A stretch of DNA of 64,000 bases from Chrysomallon squamiferum (GCA_012295275.1 CM022667.1:6386001-6450000); one strand, 5' to 3'; shown: positions 14,829-29,237, counted from the first letter of the stretch. Notes: generated by a model from the letters alone, not told the origin. Made by a program: numbers and translations.

Positions 14829-15541
14829 CTATAACAAATGTTAAATTCATTGAAAAATAGACGGTAGCAACATGGACTAAAAAAATAAAAAAATAAATAA
14901 ATAAACGATTGTATTGCTTATTGTTATTATTATTGTTTTCTCACTGTTACTGATGTAAATAAAGAGATAATGATTAGTGATTCAGAAATAAGACAGTTGT
15001 GACTGGGATTAGTCATTTATCTGTTATGTAATCACCAAGAAATAGTAAAGTAATTAAATTTCAATCTTGTACAGCACTTCATACAACATCTAACTTGTAA
15101 TATAATATTTAGAATGACAAATTCAATGAAATTTGACTGAATGCACAACTCATAGATTTTAACTGGACAGCTACTTGTCAATTTACGAAAAAAGATAAAT
15201 TGATTATAATTATGTTTGTTTTTTCTGTTTGTTTTTTTTAAATTTGTTGTAGCTCTTACTTAGTCCATTTTTTTTTTTTTTTAAATTGTGACTTTTGTTC
15301 CAAGCACTATAGTAAAATTACTTCAATACATTATGAGACACATAAAATAATAAACACGAAAGACTGGCTTGATAATGAAAGGAATTTAACTGTATCACAC
15401 ATACGCACACACAAACACATACAGAAAGGTAAACAGAAAAAATAGGCATGATTTTTGACTGTGTAGTTAACTGTATTTATACAACTATATTCAGTATTAT
15501 TAATGAATAAAATAAAATAATTATAACAAAACTAAACTCAC

Positions 15542-15605
15542 ACAGGACATCCAATGTAACTGTTGTGTACTTTGATTTGTTTTAGCTTGTGTAGACAACA
15601 GCCTG
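15542..15605 (-). pseudogene. Gene B2 remnant: 3' end of an Ig exon
   Basis: NKSKYTTVTLDVL followed by donor gtgagt; resembles the end of the 11898-12144 exon (NKSKIKTVILDIE). The 5' part is missing. Confidence 0.6.
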
Positions 15606-15938
15606 TGATTCATGCATCAAAATGTTAAAAAGTTCTTAATGTTAATGTCCAAAACAAAAACAACAACAGCAACAGAAATATATCTATGTAATTTAAAAAG
15701 CGAAAAGAAAAATAATTACTAATAAAACGAAAGAAACATGATGATATGTAATTAATATTTTAAGTCTAGATTGCAATTCAAAGACAAATATTGAGAGTGT
15801 AAACAATGGATAATTGCGTAAGATTTTTCAAAACACTTTTAAGAGTTGGATGAAAAAAAATTTCTGCACATTCCACACTGACATATATTCAGAAATGTGA
15901 TACATTTTAACAAAATATGATAAACTGTTTTAACTCAC

Positions 15939-16268
15939 ATATTTTAGTTTTTCTACATGTAGATTGAATTCCACGATCTCCATCTTGACAAGTCCATATT
16001 ACAAAGTATGTTTCTGTGTTAAAAGACTGGATAGTGAGAGTAATAGTCTGTGTTGTTGAGTCAATGTGAGCAGAGTAACCAGTGAAACCAGGAAACAGTC
16101 GACATCGAGTATTTTGTGTGCTACACTGAACAACATTTTGTGATGATCCAGAAGTAGGTCGAGAAAAGAGAATTCCACTTCTAACAGCACCACTAACTTT
16201 ACACACCAACAGTGTTCTGTGTCCTTGTTGTCCACCACCCATACAGTCAAGTGTTGTAGTAGCCTCAC
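15939..16268 (-). CDS. Gene B2 N-terminal six-Cys V-type Ig exon (open frame; gene probably a pseudogene)
   Basis: 330 nt, ttacag|GT...T|gtgagt, phase 1-1. GEATTTLDCMGGGQQGHRTLLVCKVSG...VVQCSTQNTRC...GYSAHIDSTTQTITLTIQSFNTETYFVIWTCQDG...STCRKTKI. Confidence 0.8.
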
Positions 16269-16552
16269 CTGTAATTATTATTAAATATCAGGTATATATA
16301 TTATTTTTAATATTACAGTTATTTTACATTCTGAGTACTTGTTGTACATACAGTCAAGTGTTGTAGTAGCCTCACCTGTAATTATTAAATATCAGGTATA
16401 TCTATTATTTTAATATTACAGTTATTTTACATACTGTGTACTTGTTGTACATACAGTCGTGTTGTAGTAGTCTCACCTATAATTATTATTAAACAGTAAT
16501 ACCAGGTATATCTATTATTTTTTATATTAGTTTACATACTGTGTACTTGTTA
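16241..16552 (-). repeat. Triplicated ~100-108-bp unit spanning the B2 Ig-exon acceptor
   Basis: atacagtc(aa)gtgttgtagtag(c/t)ctcacct(g/a)taattatta recurs at ~16241, ~16348 and ~16451. Confidence 0.9.
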
Positions 16553-16963
16553 TCTACTACTCATAGTTTCAAATCACATCATCCACATAGAGTCATACCA
16601 AAGAAATAATAAAACACTGTGATCTATGGCTGTTGCTCTTGTTGTTTTTAATTTTATATATATTTAATATAAAAAAACAACAAAACTACTACATCCTGGA
16701 GCTCAATCTGTTCATACTATATCGTGACAAGATAATCATAACAAATAATTAATTATTTGGGGTTTTTCAATGAATTCCATAAATATAATACAGAAAGGCA
16801 AGAATAACACTTTGAAAAATTGCTTCTAATAAAAAAGGTCAGTGGTGCAAATTCGGTACTGATGCCGAAAGTGGAATATTTTCAGATGACGACAAATTCA
16901 AGGAAGCTTGTTTGGTCTAATTGAAAGGTATGAAATACTCCAGTATGATGATTATGTTTTTAC

Positions 16964-17018
16964 CTAGGTGTATGAATACTACGAGGGAAAACACTGAAGT
17001 TTTCAAGTCCCTTTGCAT
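16964..17018 (-). CDS. Candidate B2 signal-peptide exon MQRDLKTSVFSLVVFIHL(G)
   Basis: ATG, hydrophobic stretch and phase-1 donor G|gtaaaa; joins the next exon to give ...HLGEA/TTTLDC. The donor is weak. Confidence 0.4.
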
Positions 17019-17879
17019 TCAGAACCAGAAACATACATGTTACAACAAACAAGGAGTTTGGAGCATAAGTGTGAGTGATTCTAAGTAAGTGTATGCAACT
17101 GATGATAAAGGGTCAGAGTCCATCAAGACACCTGACTGTAGCCACTGACATTGTAACATGCATTGTATCGCACTGGAAAGTTGTATTAATGTTATCATTT
17201 ATTAGCAGTTATTTGTTTGGTTTAGATTTTAAATTGTTTTAATTTCTTTATATTAAATCATCCAAAAAAAATAAGAATAATTATTAAAAGTAACTTTTTT
17301 AATGTTAATTATTTTGATGTCCAGCTTATCATCAAGTTTTAATTACTTCGTAAAAAGATATTTCATCTTTCCATTAGTTGTATTTACCAAAAATATTTGT
17401 CTGTTTGTTGTTGTTGCTGTTTTTTTGCTGCTGTTGCTGTTGTGTGTGTGTGAAATGATCATCACTAACGTATCGAAACTGGCATCTAACACTGGAACAT
17501 CCACAAGTTTTAAATCATAGAAACATAATTATCTGAGAGAAGAAATGAATGATTAGAAGATACACCAAAGATACAAGTTTATATTCAAAGAAATAGTCTA
17601 TATATATTTTGTTTTCTTCAAAGTTATTGTATTATTTCTATTTACTGCAAAACTGAACTGATATCAACGTACAAGAATAGAACAGAGTTAACAAAGCCAG
17701 TGTTCTCCCATATTTCTGTTCAGACAAAATAATCAGATTTTACAAATTTGTTGAATAAAAAATAATAAACAGTGCATTTATGAATATGTATTCAACAGTA
17801 CAAGTTCATGCAAGATCAGTTATGTAATTTTAGGGTGCTGTCTATAAAAAATGTAAATATTACTATCGTCACCAATGTG

Positions 17880-18130
17880 AAACAAGTGAATCATGAACCA
17901 TCTTCTACCAGACAATTCCTTTCAAGTACTCTGCCAGTTCGTACCTCCATCCTCTTGCTTGTCATCCTCTACATTGTTGCCCTTCATAGGTTTTTTAAGT
18001 CTTGATTATTTACTGAAGTGTCCAGCCCAGGACCACTTCCATCTTCTAACATGTTCAGTCACTTTTCTGATTCCAGCTTGCATCATTGTTTATTTTTCAC
18101 TCAGTGCCTTCTATGATTTCCATTTTGGTA
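17880..18130 (-). mobile_element. RTE-type LINE ORF2 3' fragment
   Basis: Minus strand encodes KWSWAGHFS (KWSWAGH at 18018-18038), matching the KWxWAGH motif at the C-terminus of RTE-clade ORF2; degenerate, boundaries approximate. Confidence 0.6.
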
Positions 18131-19124
18131 TTTTTGTAGCAGTTTATGTAAGTTTGCACATGAGTAGGTAATTCTTGAGATCTTTGTTATTTCCTTAGCA
18201 TTCTTGTTTTTTTATGTTTATGCAATATTAAACAGTAAAAAAAAAAAAAAAAAGCAATACAATGTCGTGCATGAAATATTTCTGGTAGCCATAAAAATTG
18301 CTGAAATTATTTGAAGGCAATAATCATAAAATCAGCAAGTTGAAGTTTCCGCTTGCTCTGCTAATCATGTGGGTTAACTTAGTTCTGCATTGCAAATTTA
18401 GATGGTATTCTTACTCCCCTTAAACTATGCTGTGACAAACTTTTACTTTTTTATATTAATTTTGATTTGGTGGAGGGACAAACAATGTTTCATGAGCATT
18501 AATTTCTGTCCTTTTAGCAACTTGCTTATTAACTTCAATTCAAATATAACTCTGGATCTAGGTTTAATGTAAATGCATAAGTAACTGTACAACAGTCAGG
18601 GGAGAAATGAAGCCATATATCCTTGTGAGCAAAGGTTATATCAGTGATTGTGGATTTAAGCATTCAATTGTAACAGCCATAATCAATTTAACATTCCCCC
18701 CCCCCATTATGAAAAATATAACTTTATCCAAAAACTTACTTAATTAAATACATATATATAATATAGCATTCATGCATATTGATATTTACGTGCGGAATTT
18801 GTTCGGCATCTGTTGGGATTTATTGGTTCTGAAGGAAAACGCTAACAAAAGAATGATAAATAATTGAAATAACTGAAATAAATAATATTCCTTTCTTAAA
18901 TTTTCACAACAAAAGCTGTTTCACTTTTCAGTGTCCCTTCTGAAGAGGAAAACTACTTGTGAGAAAAACGGCTGTACTCTTTCTCAAATACATAATTATA
19001 ATAAATAATAAAATATGTACTTAAAGTAGCAAACGATGTTAGATATTAACAGACATTTTGTTGTATCGTTTGACATTTTTACTGAAATATTATACAGTAA
19101 TAATGAATTCAAAAATGAAAAAGC

Positions 19125-19507
19125 ACTCACCGATGTAGAGTCGTTAGCCCGGAATCACGACACGGTGCAGGAAGTAAATTGTCAATAAGCAGGCATCAGG
19201 ACCATTCATAACAACTGAATTAGGTTTTGGTTTCTAAATAACAACAAACTTGACCGAGATTATTAAATTTGTCAAAACCGGTTTACAAGACAGTAAAACA
19301 ATAACGTGAAAATAAAGAAATGTTTTTGAAATAGTGTATGCCATATATTATAATAGTATCAGTTTCTGATAGAATATCGTTGTTGTTATTTTCTTATTTT
19401 TCTTTTCTTTTTTGATTGCCTTCTCAGTTTTCCCACTCAGAGCCACCTAAACCAGTTGGCTTGAAAGGGCTCGCCTAAATAGGACTCGTTTGTATAAACC
19501 AACGAAA
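19125..19507. promoter_or_regulatory. Putative bidirectional promoter between B2 (-) and A2 (+)
   Basis: Minus-strand donor gtgagt at 19130-19125 closes a putative non-coding first exon; GCAGGAAGT at 19167-19175; ACCTAAACCAGTT at 19445-19457. Part of a ~1.2-kb block (18430-19632) paralogous to 4055-5230. Confidence 0.6.
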
Positions 19508-19571
19508 ATGGCGTCTGATTTGAGGTGTATGTTTCTGTGGATATTTCTTCTACATACTGATATTTGCTTAG
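19508..19571 (+). CDS. Gene A2 exon 1: signal peptide MASDLRCMFLWIFLLHTDICL(G)
   Basis: 64 nt, aaaATGG, phase-1 donor G|gttagt; paralogue of 5012-5075. Confidence 0.9.
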
Positions 19572-20652
19572 GTTAGTTTTTATACTGGGATGTTGTTCTT
19601 TCAGTGTTTGTGTAAATAATTAATTTCACTATTATTAGGTAATCTTGTAGTTTAGGTCACTCACCAGCAAACTGTGAGACAGGTTACCGTTATACATAAT
19701 TATGATAAGGTAACGAATATTTTACGCGATTGTTGGTATTGCGAATATATTTCCGATAATAACATATACACACAATACAAATATTTGTCTGACTTAAAAG
19801 TTAAAGTGTATACATAAGAATTATGATTCGAAGTCGCTTTTCTACTGCCAATGACACTGATAATGATATAAAGTTACACTTACCGGTAAACTTTCAGTTT
19901 AGATCTGCCACATCTTAAGAAATAATTTACTAAGTTACGTAAGTATATATATATTTTTTTCTTTTTTTTTTTAAACTGCTAGAAAGTAACTTAAAAAAAA
20001 AATAACAATAAAAAATAAAATAAAATAAGGAAAAGAGAATAGCTGAAGAATGAAAAAAATAATGCTATGCTGTATGTACCTTAGCCACTTTATCATAAAG
20101 TTTATATTACAGCACTGTATTTTATCTATGAACATAACATTATATTTGGTTGTTGAACATTTAACTGTGTTTTCATATTAGTTCTCATTATCCTGAAATG
20201 TTTTTTTTGAGTCAGTGCATACCACATCACACAAAATTTAAATAATTAAATAATTATGATCTTGATCTTTGAATTTGACAGCTTGTAACTGGTGATCTAT
20301 AAACAGTATTGGTGGAGGTACATAAATAATGCTTAGACATTTTAATGTGTGTTCAGTTTCAAATTCCAGTATTTACCTGATCTTGTGATCTGTTATTTAT
20401 TTGTTTCTGTACTTTTGTTTCTCTCTTGTTTATTTATAATGTTTTGATCAGTAAGTAATATCTAAGAAATATACTTTAGAAGGACAAAAATTAAAATTAA
20501 TAAATTTACAAAAACAATAAAAAACAAAAACCATCAAGAAAAACCAGAAAAAAAACTCTCCATAACAAAAGTTTAATGCATCAGAAATATAATTTTTTTA
20601 TTTATTTACCTTTTTTAATTATTTATTTATTTATTTTGTTCATGTCTTGTAG

Positions 20653-20994
20653 GTTTTTCATTGAGATTGTCTGGCTCACCAAATCCTCCTTCTTACATTC
20701 TGACCTGTACAGTGACAGATGCTGCTGGGCTTGATGATCTCGTACTGTTCAATAGGCAAACATCGGCACTTGCCATTATTTCAATAGAACAATCTCCTAC
20801 AAAAGGATGTAAGGAGTTCACCTATCCACAAGGTTATAATGCAAGTTGTGGAACTGGAACAGAAGAAACGACATCAGAAAGTAAAACGTACACTGTGAAG
20901 ATAAATAATGTTGCAGACATAGATCTTACTGACTGGTGGTGCTCACTGGCAACAAATAAGACACAAAGCAACGAACACAGAGTAACATTTGAAA
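20653..20994 (+). CDS. Gene A2 exon 2: four-Cys V-type Ig domain
   Basis: 342 nt, ttgtag|GT...A|gtaagt, phase 1-1. SYILTCTV...VLFNRQ...GCKE...ASCGTG...YTVKINNVADIDLTDWWCSL; sequons NAS and NKT. Confidence 0.92.
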
Positions 20995-23607
20995 GTAAGT
21001 TGATGTAAATACATTTTTATTATCTAAACATGTTACTGTCATTATCTAAGTAAGATAGGTAATCTACAAATCCAAGTATATGAAATTAAGGTTTAAATAT
21101 TCATACTGAAATAGTTAAGCTGGGACCTAAGGTATCTTATCAGGTTTCATGCATTCACATGTGATAGCACTTGTCGCTTAATTGGCATCAATAAAGAGAA
21201 AGCCTTCACTGTGCTGAAGTCATCAGAATTATTCCAGTTAGACACCGAAATAGTATTCACATTAATTTACACCAAAGTCAAATGTACAATAGAATATGTT
21301 TGCCTTTATGTTTTCTTTAACTGCCATTCTTCATGTAGTACTTGTAACAGAGGTCTACATTAATTTAAACTTTTTCATTTGTTTCTCTTTAACCTGTGAA
21401 ATATCTTACAAGAGAGTAATATTAAGTTTTTTTTCATCAACTAAGACTTGCTTCTAGTTTGTAATGGTGGCCATTTTGATTCTGTTTCTGATTATACAAA
21501 TCATGTACAGCAATGGTTTTATTATATCACAACCACAAAACATAGGATTAGACACCGAAGTTGGATCCATATATAGATTTACACCAAAATGAGTGTCACT
21601 ATTAGAATCTGATGGTGCCATCTTGAAAATGGCTTCTAAGGTGATCAGTATATTCTATATTTTTGCTGATATAAGCTATGTCCAGCAGTTTATATATTGT
21701 TCTATCATTAAAGAAACCATTAATGGATGTAACATTTCACCAATGACAAGCTGCCAGAGTTGGTAGGAATCAAATATGCAGCTTAAGTAATATCATGTGT
21801 ATCCACCTCTGACCTGAAAACATTTTACACACATTTGTCTTACGTTATTCATTGGTTGTCTCAACAAGTCTAGGGTGATATTCTTCTACTTTACAAATCT
21901 GGCCATAATTGAACTGGAAACTAAACCTGGCTTCAACTGTGAACAGTACTTGACCCCAATGAACACACCCAATGATGAGTGCAATTATTGGTTATCAGAC
22001 AACTGCATATTGTCTGTTAAGGCTGTAGAGAACTTGACAGAGACTGCAACATTGTCACATTATTGGCATGCAAGTTATGTGATTTCAAATAGTAAGTATG
22101 ATGGTGTACCTGTCTTCTCTTTTCATAGTGCTTTGGGTTCTTCTTGAATGTTGACTATTTCAAAACGAATTCTTTGCCAGGAAATGTTGCCAAAATCAAT
22201 CAACTAATCTCTAAGTCACACCACGTCTCAGAGCAACATTTCTTTTCATAGCCATTCTGAAATGAAGCTAGAACCCTTCATTGATGTTCAATAGTCAGTT
22301 GACATCACAGTGTGCTAATTAATTATGTTGATGGAAAAAACAATATTAAATGATGATGGTATTATTATGCCAATTTTGATAAAGATATGTAGTAGTATGC
22401 TTTAATACCTGTTTGCAAAGCTTCTTTTCTTTTCTATAAGGAGTGGTCTTTTGCCTAACATGCATTTCAAATGAAGGGCTTTTGTCTTATTGTGTTATTT
22501 TCACTGGGTTTCTTCTCCATGATTTTTCACTGGGGAGCTTTTGTTCTTCCTTTCAAAATTACTGAGGGGCTTTTGTCTGTCTGTGCATTTTTGGACTGGG
22601 GGCGTATGGTTATGTCCTACATTTCTAAATCATCCAGGAAATGGTTGTCATTTAAAATGTTCACAGACACTGGTGATAGGCAAAACCACTTAACTTTTTG
22701 TTTCAGGATAATTTTATTAATACTAGATTTTGTTGCATAAACAGTTATTACATTTAGCTGATTTTTTTCTTTTTCTTCATATATATATATATATATTATA
22801 TATATTTCAAAGCTGGAGGAAGAATAAAATTACCACCTTCATGTTTTTAATTAAAGTACTGAATAATATATTTTAGTTTTCAAATAAACACAGGTTTCAT
22901 GCAAAGGGGTAGTGTGGATGAAATAATCAGCTTTTATGCTAAACATTGCCTTTCTTTAAAGACATGCAAAGTTCTTATAGGTTTCATTCTCCATGATTCT
23001 CATTGGAATTCCTTAATGGCAGTAAATACAGATATTTTCCTTAAGAAATTCGGTTAATTGATACGTTATATGTCTACTATGGAGAACTATAGAGATAGCA
23101 TCCTATGAACAGCTGGTCATATGGAAGTACATCACATGACCAACCCTATGACTAGCTGTTAAAATGCATTATGTTATTCAGTACTACTGTTGTAATTAGA
23201 GGCTTACAATAAACAGTTCTTTTAAACTTATAGTGTTATACACAATTAAATTAATTGATATTGAGATAATAAATGACTACCTAATTACATGTACAGTATA
23301 GAATACAATATATAATCCTCTGTAGTGGTCCAAGACTTCATACAGTAGGCTGCAAAGTTACTGGCAGCAAACATCATAATACACTTATATTAAATAACTA
23401 TTACAGTTATGGCTTGAGTCTCTGTAAAATATTGTGTTAAAGACGTTGGTCTGTCAGAGACCGATTATTGATGCATACTTGTATATGTTTGGTTTTATGT
23501 TCTTCACAAAACCTCATATCTCTAGAGGAAGAACCCACTACTTAATTTTTAGTTTAGTTTGAATCCTACAGCCAATAATATATGCACATATATATATATA
23601 TATATAT

Positions 23608-24303
23608 GGGTCATTCCGTGTCAAATCACCCCCCCAAAAAAAAAAATTTACACCCTAGCATCAGAAACACCTAGTTTTCTCAAATTTATGTGAACTTTAT
23701 GCATACATGTAAACCTACAATGTCTTACTTGATGATCAAGAGAGATGGTGATTCCTACCATCCAGAATTGATCATTCAGGTTTTAGTTAATCAGATGTTA
23801 ATGGCTGAAAAGGTGTTATTTTCATGTATGTGCATTTTTTAAATCTATATTGTGGCTAAATAAAAAATATTACACCTAGGAAACTTTTATATGTTTTAGT
23901 TAACATGTGGGAGATTAAATTTCAATAAAGGCCATCTCAAGATCACGTGATCCACACGGTCACTTTCAAGGTCATAGCAAAGGTCAAAAGGTCAAGGTAC
24001 TCCAGTATTTTCCAAACTAAACACAAATGGCAGATTTGGAATCCTTGTCATTTTGCCTTTCTAACAATACCAATTGTATGAAGATTGGCCCAGTAGTTCC
24101 TGAGATATGAGGGTTCTAAGGTTGGTGGTCACACCCATTTTTGCCAAAAATCTCAAAATTAGGTGGGCCGTATCTCCCACACCACTGATCTGATTGGGCT
24201 AATATTTCGTGCTGTGGGATCCCAATCAACAAGTATACCAAGTTTCATAAAAATCTGAGACGGTCAGGTTTAAACCATTGGGTGATTTGACACGGAATGA
24301 CCC
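23608..24303. mobile_element. Non-autonomous DNA transposon (MITE-like), Sola-like termini
   Basis: TIR GGGTCATTCCGTGTCAAATCACCC / GGGTGATTTGACACGGAATGACCC, flanked by ATAT on both sides within a TA tract. Interior is shared with 50677-53124. Confidence 0.85.
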
Positions 24304-25637
24304 ATATATATAATTTCTTTTTAAATTGTATATGACTATCTTTGACCTGTAGCGTTATTTTATTTTATTTTATTAATATTTATGATTATTACTACACCAC
24401 AAATGTAATCTTTATTGACTAAAAAATTAATTTTGTGATAGTGTTATGAAATCTGCTTCTCCTATTCCTTTCCATCAATAATTATTGTGGATTAATGATA
24501 ATAATTTAATAACACAAATTCCATTTCTTAATCTATTATGAAAAACAAAAACAAATTAAAAGGGGAAATAAAAAATAAAATCATGTCTTCATGTGCTGTG
24601 ACTGTTATGATAAATTAAGCCCAGTCCTGATGCTGAGACTATATTTCAGATGGTGCATGATTTTAAAATTAAGGTAGTAGCTAACATGAAGTTAGCATTC
24701 ATTACTAATTTGTAGGGATTTTATCTTAGTATATTCTTGTGTATGTATACCATTCTTGGTATGAGATTTAATACTTTTATCATTATTTTTCTTTGTCTTG
24801 TTTTAATAAACAACATAGGTACAAGTCAAAAACTAAATCTGGTATGCTATTTCTTTATGAATATCACATCATTTCACAACCATGAGAACAAATTTAAATT
24901 ATAATTTTTTTTATTATTAAAATGATTAAAAACAACTGTGCTTTACTTCTTTCATGTACAGTAAATAAATTATGACCATTTGTTGGTTACAAATTCATTT
25001 CTTAATGCTGTTATGAAATGTTTTGTATAAACTCAGTGCTTCTGCTTTTCCAGGTTTTCTATTACTCTCAGTGTTCATTTTGATAATTATTATTTTTATT
25101 ATTATTATTATTACTTTTATTATTGTTAATATCTCAATGTAATTAGTATATATTTCATTTGTTAAATTTGACTTAAAAATGCATGTAACAAATCTAATTA
25201 ATATATTATTTCAAACCTTTCTTAAATATATCAGCATAATCAGCACCCATACCTATTAAATTCAACAGATGTGTTTTAAAATCCATCAAATAAATATATC
25301 AGTATTCTATAAAATATATTTCTCACATTTCAGAACAAACTGTATTATGTTAAACCTCTGAAGTATAATGAAGAGGTTCGAACATTTTAAAAATAAAGTA
25401 TTACAGATATTTATCAAGTTATTTAAAATTGGCTTTTTTTCTTTCTACAATTTATTATTTTATTTTATTTTATCTGTTTCTGAATTAGACAGATATATGC
25501 AGAAAAAATATACATACACACACGTTATTCACATGTAACATTTTTACATAGTATTTTTTATATATACACCATAATATAAGCATCAAATTAAAAATAAAAT
25601 TATTATTTCATTAAATTTTCTTTTTCCAATCTCATAG

Positions 25638-25661
25638 GTCTAGTTACAGTAACGCAATCAG
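25638..25661 (+). CDS. Gene A2 stalk microexon 1 (SLVTVTQS)
   Basis: 24 nt, ctcatag|GTCTAGTTACAGTAACGCAATCAG|gtatat; same acceptor context as the other microexons. Confidence 0.72.
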
Positions 25662-25869
25662 GTATATTTGTAGTCAGCTGCTGTCTTGTTAACAGTTTAG
25701 TCAACATTTACAGTTTAACTTCCATCATAGATAACAGAGATATTTTATATAATTAATAGACACAGCTGTATTTAAAACACTACACTCTTTCCAACAGTCA
25801 TATTTATATATGATTTTACAGATTCTAACTATTTATTTCTTTCTTATTATTTATCTATTATTATTATTA

Positions 25870-25913
<44 letters not shown>

Positions 25914-26690
25914 TTTTTTTTTTTTTTGTATTTCAGAAACATAAATATTCTTAATTGGTACACTTCAAGTAATGAATTTATATTAAAACAAAATTGACCA
26001 TGCAGAAAATATCTTATAGATAGACTTTTGTTCTCATAAAGCTTATTTCTGATTTATAAGCCTTTTCAAAGATTATATGTTTGATGTTTCTAACTTCATT
26101 TCATAACACCAGTTCAGTACATAATTTCCTATAGCTGTGAAGTATACGTAATATATTCAAGAAATTTCTCATTTGAAAATAGAGAGAATAATAGGGATAC
26201 ATCATTTTATTTAAAATAGTTTCTTTCTTGAATTGTCCTTTACAAAACTATTTGCTGGTTTATTTGATTATTATTTTATTTGATTAATATTTCTTTCTTT
26301 TTCTGAAATGGGCAAATACATGCAGAACATAAATAACTGATGTATGCATGTCTCTGAGCATGTGTTTTTGTGTGTGTGTCTCTGTGTGTGTGTGTTTGTT
26401 ATTTAGTAGGTTTTACACCTGACTTTTACAAACATTTTCTTAAGCATCATACATGGACATTTTATGTTTGTATATCTTCTTTATTTGTCTGTATACAAAT
26501 GTTATTCTTAAAAGTTCAAATCTAGCTTTATTTTTACAGTAATTTCCAATAAAAAGAAACAACAAAAAAAACAAGATATACATGATATAGTCATACAAAA
26601 AAAAAAAAAGACACAATTTAAAAAAAATAGAACAACAACAAAAAATAATAATAATCTTTTCATTTTGAATTTTTATTTTCCTTGTAATAG

Positions 26691-26714
26691 GTCAAACTAC
26701 AACACCACAAACAG
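26691..26714 (+). CDS. Gene A2 stalk microexon 2 (GQTTTPQT)
   Basis: 24 nt, taatag|GTCAAACTACAACACCACAAACAG|gtatga. Confidence 0.82.
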
Positions 26715-28415
26715 GTATGATGTTTGTACATGTAGAACTAATCATCATCATCGAATCCTAATATATAAACTTTATTTTGTATTTCTCAATACATAAATGT
26801 ATTAATTTAATATAATTTAAATTAATTTTGTGGGTAATATTTCTCTATTCCAATATCAGTATGAAAAAAGTGCTACATGATTAATATTTTATGAATTTAG
26901 AAAGGTTACAAGTAATTACAAAAGAAATGTCACTTGGTTTTGAAAACTAGTAATACATTAGAAAAAAGATTAATATAAATAATTAAAAAAAAAAAAAAAA
27001 TGATGTTGCAGCTGATTTTATAACCATACACTTGTTTTAGTTTTGCTTTTTAAATAAGTATTATGACGTTGATTAATATTCTGCATGTACTAAACATACT
27101 TTGCGTCTAATCTGCTTTATTCCATTTCTCATATGTTTTCCCTGCAGCTGCTTGGATATCAAGATTATTACTGGTGTTGATGGATGTAAAGATATTAATT
27201 GTGCAAGCTTAATTTCATCATGACACAACAGTTCTATTCTATTTAATTTTACAATATATTTGTTGTTATTTTCTCTTGTATTGCCGCTTAAAAAGGTCTG
27301 TTATATACTATTATTATTATTATTGTTATTATTATTATTAGTTTTACTAGAAAATGAAGTCTAAAATCCCAACAACAACTGATAAAAAATATTTTCACAT
27401 ATTAACATTTCCATAATTATGACAACTTTGGAAAGCCAAACTATAAACTTAATGATGTTTCAGATTCCAGTCATGTTCTATATCAAGTTTATGAGTATGT
27501 TTAATATGTAACATAGTTTCACATGTAACAATTGAAGTGCCAATTCTTTCTATGAATAAATAATCTGACTGAATTGTAAAATGTTCCTAATAAAAAGCTT
27601 TAAAACTCAGCTGCTATGAAAACATACACATTGCTATTTTTGCCCAAGTAAAATTGTAAAATACCAGTTACTAACACAATCATCCCTTATATCATATCTG
27701 CTTATTGTTTTACTTTACAAGGGTGCTGGTGATAATGTCTGGATACAAAATTATCATAAGTTTGTATTCTTAAATTTGAAATTTAGTTTTGCAGAGTTCT
27801 TTTTTTGTTCAATGTTTGAAAAGAAATTTAAGAGTGACCTGTTCATACTTCAGGAGATCTTCCAGATATATTACTACTGTATTTAATTTTAATGTACTTT
27901 AATATAATGTATTCAACATACAGATATGTTGTAACAGTGACAAACAGAACTTATTCACAGTAAAATGTTTTTCTGTCATAGTGATTTACTTATTAGTTAC
28001 TTACACATGAATAAACAAATTAAACATATATGTATCATTTACATAAATTTGTTATAAAACTTATTCTTGTGCATCAATACATAAATGAATTAGTTTAATA
28101 TAATTTTAAATAATTAATTTCTGTGTCTAATCCGCTTCATTCGATTTATCACACATCTTCCCTGCAGCTTGTTGTTTATCAAGATCATTACTGGTGTTGG
28201 TGATGGATACAAATAATTAATTGTGCTGTGCTAACTTTACCATAATATTACAGTTATATTACTACTTCACTGCAGTGATATAATATTTTAACAAAAAAAT
28301 GTTAAAATCAGAGTCATTTGCAATAAAAAAAATGTTTTTTATCATTTTTGACTCATACCAACACCTAAGAGATGTATTAAAAGTGTGTGTGTATGTATAT
28401 ATATCTATATATATG

Positions 28416-28447
<32 letters not shown>

Positions 28448-28467
28448 TTTATGTATGGATGTATCTA

Positions 28468-28505
<38 letters not shown>

Positions 28506-29237
28506 TGCATTTATGCCACTAGGAAATGAAGTTTAAAACCCAGCAACAGTGAATAAACAACTTTTTGATAACTGTTGCTGTCAGAATAGTGATTTAAAAT
28601 AGGAATGTTGCCATCCAGGGAAGTTTTACATCAAGTTTGTATAAATATGTTCAAGAGCTTATAGAATAGTTTCACGAATGTAATAATTGAAGTGTAAATG
28701 CTTTCTGTTGAAAAAAAAACAAAAAAATATATATAATACAGTGACTGATGATTCATTAGTAAAATGTTCCTAATAAAACACTTTAAAATACAACCTCTAT
28801 GAACACACACATAATGTTGCACATCCCGTTTTGTAAAACACCACTTACTAACATAATCATTCCCTTTATCATCTCAATTTATTCTGTTACTTCTAGAGGG
28901 CACTGTGCTGATAGTGATTTGAAATGAGTCGTATTTCTGCGAAGTGTTTTCAAACAGTTTATAGCCAATGGTTTTTGGATCAAAGTTGTGTTTAAAAGTT
29001 TACAAAGAAATACAAGACTGACCATTTTGCACGCTGCAAGATCTTTCAGTTACATTTACATTACCACTGAATTTTTTAAAATACCTTAGTATAATAGTTG
29101 ACATAAAGATATATTTTAAATTTTTTTTCAAAAGTTTCTAAAGTTTCATAAAACATTTTCTTTTGCATCATAAGGTAAACAAAATAATAAAAAGAAAATT
29201 ATTATTTCATTTAAATTTTCATTTTTCAATGTCACAG

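Noticed and set aside
21200-22630. Transposon-like subterminal motifs (ggtggccatttt, tagacaccgaa, gggcttttgtc) and ORFs 21875 and 22471
   Set aside because: No paired TIRs, TSD or recognisable protein motif could be established.
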